From positions 58,468,001 to 58,532,000 of the forward strand of contig NC_058382.1 in the NCBI RefSeq assembly GCF_018350175.1: a DNA stretch of 64,000 bases, read 5' to 3'. Below the pieces are notes generated by a model. That model worked only from the letters and a program-made list of their open reading frames with translations. It was not told where the DNA came from and ran no database searches. This stretch comes from Felis catus (Eukaryota). Positions within the stretch are counted from its first letter, which is position 1; every line of letters begins with the position of its first letter. Both the position numbers and the translations under genes were made by a program. Below are positions 60,705-64,000 of this stretch, in pieces.

Positions 60705-61892
60705 GTGAGGAGGGGACCCCCAGTGCGGCCGGCGTGCGGGGCTCGTTCGAGTGGTCTGGGCACTGACTCCTTTCAGCCTTCAGGCAGCCGGGGGCAGGTG
60801 GGGCGGTGGTTCTACCGTGAGCCCTATTTTATCGAAGGTAACTGAGTCCACAGTGATGCCCGTGGCCCCTTCGCCACTGCCTCTCGGGGGGCACGTGGGC
60901 CCTCCCCGTAGGAGGGGTCTGCTTGTCTCCTGCGCTCCTGGAGGGGTCGGAGGGGAGGGAGGGGGTGTGCAAACGTCTCCAAGGCCAGAGGGGAGATGGG
61001 GGTCTCGGCCACACTCGTGCTCGCCACGGATGTCTGCCAGCCACTCCCTTGGGACATTAGGGACCCCTCAGAGCCAAGGGGAGCGCAGGGCGTCAGGAGA
61101 GGAGGAGGGCGAGGGTTGCCCGCGTGGCGCCCTGGATTTGAAGCCCCCTGGCAGGGGGGGGGGGCTGCAGATCTCATTCATGCCTCAGCTTACTCATCTG
61201 TGAAATGGAGACACCAGGACCTGTCCCATAGGGTCATGATACCCCTATTATCATTGGGATTAATAAATAATCACTTATTTAATAAATTACTTAATTAGCT
61301 TCTGATACCACTTCCCCCCCAGCCCGCTTCCTTCTCGAACGACCCTCCACGAGCACAGATTTCTTTGCTTCCTCCCTCCGCCTCTTTCCCCGACTGTTCC
61401 TTGTGGGAGACTGGGAGGTGACTCTGGCCCAACTGACTTCAAAGGTCTCCAGGCTGCGGGTGGCACTTTTGCCTCAGGGGCCCTGGGAGAGCCCCCTCTC
61501 CCTGCACGGTGGCTATCCCTCCCGGAAAGCGAGCCGAGGCCCCAGTTTCCCTCCGGAGACCAGGCCCGGAGGGTGGGCACGCCGTCCAGTGACCTTTCGG
61601 GAGCAGGCCCTTGGGTGGGAGGAAAGCATCACCCCGGCACTTGGTCAGAAACCCCTCAGCACAGAGGACGTTTCCTCCCCCTCTGTGCCGGTCGAGTCGA
61701 GGCCTGGCTTTCCGTGTTTTTGAAACGCGGGTCACGGCGCTGGCAGGGAACAGCACTGAATTGAGCGGAAGCCTGTGGCAGGGCCTCCGGGCCTTGGGAG
61801 CACACCCCGTGTGGCTCTGGAGGGAACTTCTGGGGGGGGGTGCGTTGGGGTTGGTTCCTCACGCTCAACTGGGCCTTCTCTTTCTCCCACAG

Positions 61893-61940
61893 GCTTGCCG
61901 CTCGTGACGGGCTACAGTGCCTACGATCCGCACCACTCAG
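61893..61940 (+). CDS. IRF8: IRF8 exon 6
   Basis: Acceptor tctttctcccacAG|, translation (G)LPLVTGYSAYDPHHS, donor CAG|GTACGC; 48 nt. Confidence 0.93.
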
Positions 61941-64000
61941 GTACGCGGGTGCTCGGGGCTGGGCTGGCGCGGTGGGACGCGGGCGCTCCTGCACGGCAGA
62001 GCCCAGAGGGCCGAGTGGGCTCGCAGGGGCCCGTGGATGAGCCGATCGCACGTCAGAAGGCAGGACCCCAGTTCATCCTCGTCGCTGTTTGCTTTTTGAG
62101 CACGTCAGGGGCCGGCCGTTTTGAGGCTCTTCTCAGAACGGGCCGAAAGATGGATCCCGAGAGCTCTTTGCAGTGTGACTCTGCAGGAGAGAGAGCAGGG
62201 GGACAGACGGACTCAAGGCCCAGCCCTGCCTCTCTTGTGTGACGCCAGGCAGAACCTCACCGGACCCTTGTGAGGATTAGACGTAGCGTTAGTTTTCTGG
62301 TAGGAACGTCACTGGTCAGCGAGCGTCCCCAGTGCCCATTTCCTCTACTGTCTTCCACGCTCAAGTTCGTGATAACGATGGTCCTAATTAATGGCGACGA
62401 TGGGGCTGGGGCTGGGGCTGGTGGTGGTGACGACGGTGGTGATGGGGTTGATGGTGGCGGCTGATGCTGAATACTGGCGAGGCGCCAGGGTCAGGCCTCG
62501 TCCCGTTACACCTCCCGCCACATCGTTCCCGCCGCATAGGCTCAGAGGCTCTGGGTCACACAGCACGTGGGCCGCAGAGCCAGGACATGGCCTCTGGCCG
62601 TCCTCTCCAGGCTCCCGCCCCTCGTGGGCAGGGGTGGCCTCTGTGCCACGTTTTTGTCTGTCGACGCTGGGGACTCAGACCTCCTGCCGGGGCCCCTGGA
62701 GTTTGCATTCTGGCTCACTGACGGCCTCCCTGACCGAGCAGAGAAAGCCCGTGTCCTTCCTGATAGTTCTGTGAGAAGTGAACAGCCTGACCCATCAGGA
62801 TGGACCCCAGAGGCCCACCGGTGCGGAGGAGGAAGCGGGGCTCAGAGAGGTGTCTGGACCACGGGCCTCGTGGGACGAGTGTTCGGGGTGTGGCGGAGGC
62901 AGGTTCTCACCCAGGCCCGCAAAGTGCGGAGAACCCGCGTTCCTGTTCGTCGCACTCCTGTCACCGCTCCGGGACGCCCTGGCTCGCGGGGCTAGGCCTC
63001 TGAGCTAGTCAGCTCTGTGGCCCAGGGAGTCTGCTGACCGGTGCTCTCTGGGGGCGGGAGAGGAGCCGGGGGCAGGGCCGAGGCAGCCGGGTGAGGGGGA
63101 AGTGTGCCGAGTGGCTCCAGACCCGTCCCAGCGCACAGCGGGTGGAGCGACCCACAGCAGTGCCGCGTGCACAGAAAATCCTAAAACCTTCTCTAGGTGT
63201 TGCGGACTTAGGTCCCTCTGTTCGGGCCACAGGCTCTCTGGCCCCGCCCTGTGGAAACAAGGTGATGGCGAGGGTGCCCGGTTCTCAGGGCCACGGGGAC
63301 GAGGTAGTGAGTGAGTGGGGCCGCGGAAGGGCGGGTAGGGAGCGCTGGAGGCCACGGCGGAGTGCAGGGCCTGCCCCTCGGCTGCTCAGCGCTAGACGGT
63401 GCCCTGCGGGCCTCAGACCCGCCAGGCTGGGTGTCCCCGCTTTTCTGGAGGGATCAGAAGTCCAGACCTTTATGTGAAACCTCCCCGTGTGGAGTGTTGG
63501 CAACAGAGTTGCGTGGACGACCCCCCCCACCCGTCCCCCCCCCCCCCCCCCCCCCCCCGCCAGGCTGGATCTAGACACGCCCGTGGCTGCCGGGGGCGGG
63601 GGGGGGGTGGGTGTGCTTGGCGGTGTTTGCAGTGGTGGGGCAGGGGGAAGGCCGTGTCCGGAAACGGAGGGGGCGGGCTCGGCGCTGCAGGACGCGGGTG
63701 CAGGGCCGGCCTGCCGGGGAGCCCCTCTCCCCGCTTCGTGGTTGTGCCATCAGAGCAAATGCCTTCACCTGTCGACACCCGACTCCTTACCTGGAAAAGG
63801 CGTCGAGTGATCAGCAGCCTCCAGCTCGCATCGTGAGCGTTAAATGTGCCCCTCAGTTCAGCGCACTGAGAACGGCGCCTGGCGTGTGCTGCCTCGACCA
63901 GGAATTAGGGCTTATGACTCCGGGAGTCTTATCTACGCGGCTAGCTTCCGGTCCTGTTACCCCGATTTCTTCAGGAGCCGCCCACGAGCACCGCACGACA

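Larger units (their letters stand above)
47750..64000 (+). other. IRF8: IRF8 gene, 5' part (exons 1-6; exon 7 onward lies beyond the window)
   Basis: Five coding exons with GT-AG boundaries join in frame (174+184+89+106+48 nt) to give MCDRNGGRRLRQWLIEQIDS...YDPHHS, the IRF8 N-terminus. The TSS is approximate. Confidence 0.97.

Overview
This is GC-rich mammalian genomic DNA, almost certainly a felid (cat-type carnivore SINEs throughout). It holds about 47.7 kb of upstream flank and the 5' part of IRF8 (interferon regulatory factor 8/ICSBP) on the + strand. The CpG-island promoter carries the IFN-gamma GAS element. Non-coding exon 1 ends at 47821, and coding exons 2-6 give 601 nt (IRF DNA-binding domain plus linker). 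The gene continues past the window end. The upstream flank is a mosaic of about 20 carnivore SINEs, old L1 fragments, MaLR/ERVL LTRs, hAT and Tigger DNA-transposon relics and a (CCAT)n array, with short unique islands rich in immune transcription-factor motifs. I found no second protein-coding gene and no novel coding system; nearly all ORF-track entries are GC-rich or repeat noise. The best leads are regulatory: three identical CCAAT 11-mers at exact 31-bp spacing, several candidate enhancers (ISRE/PU.1/GAS, a perfect MARE, AICE), and a possible alternative exon-2 acceptor that would give an 8-aa N-terminal extension. Repeat family names and comparisons with human/mouse come from recall, not from a search, and repeat boundaries are approximate.
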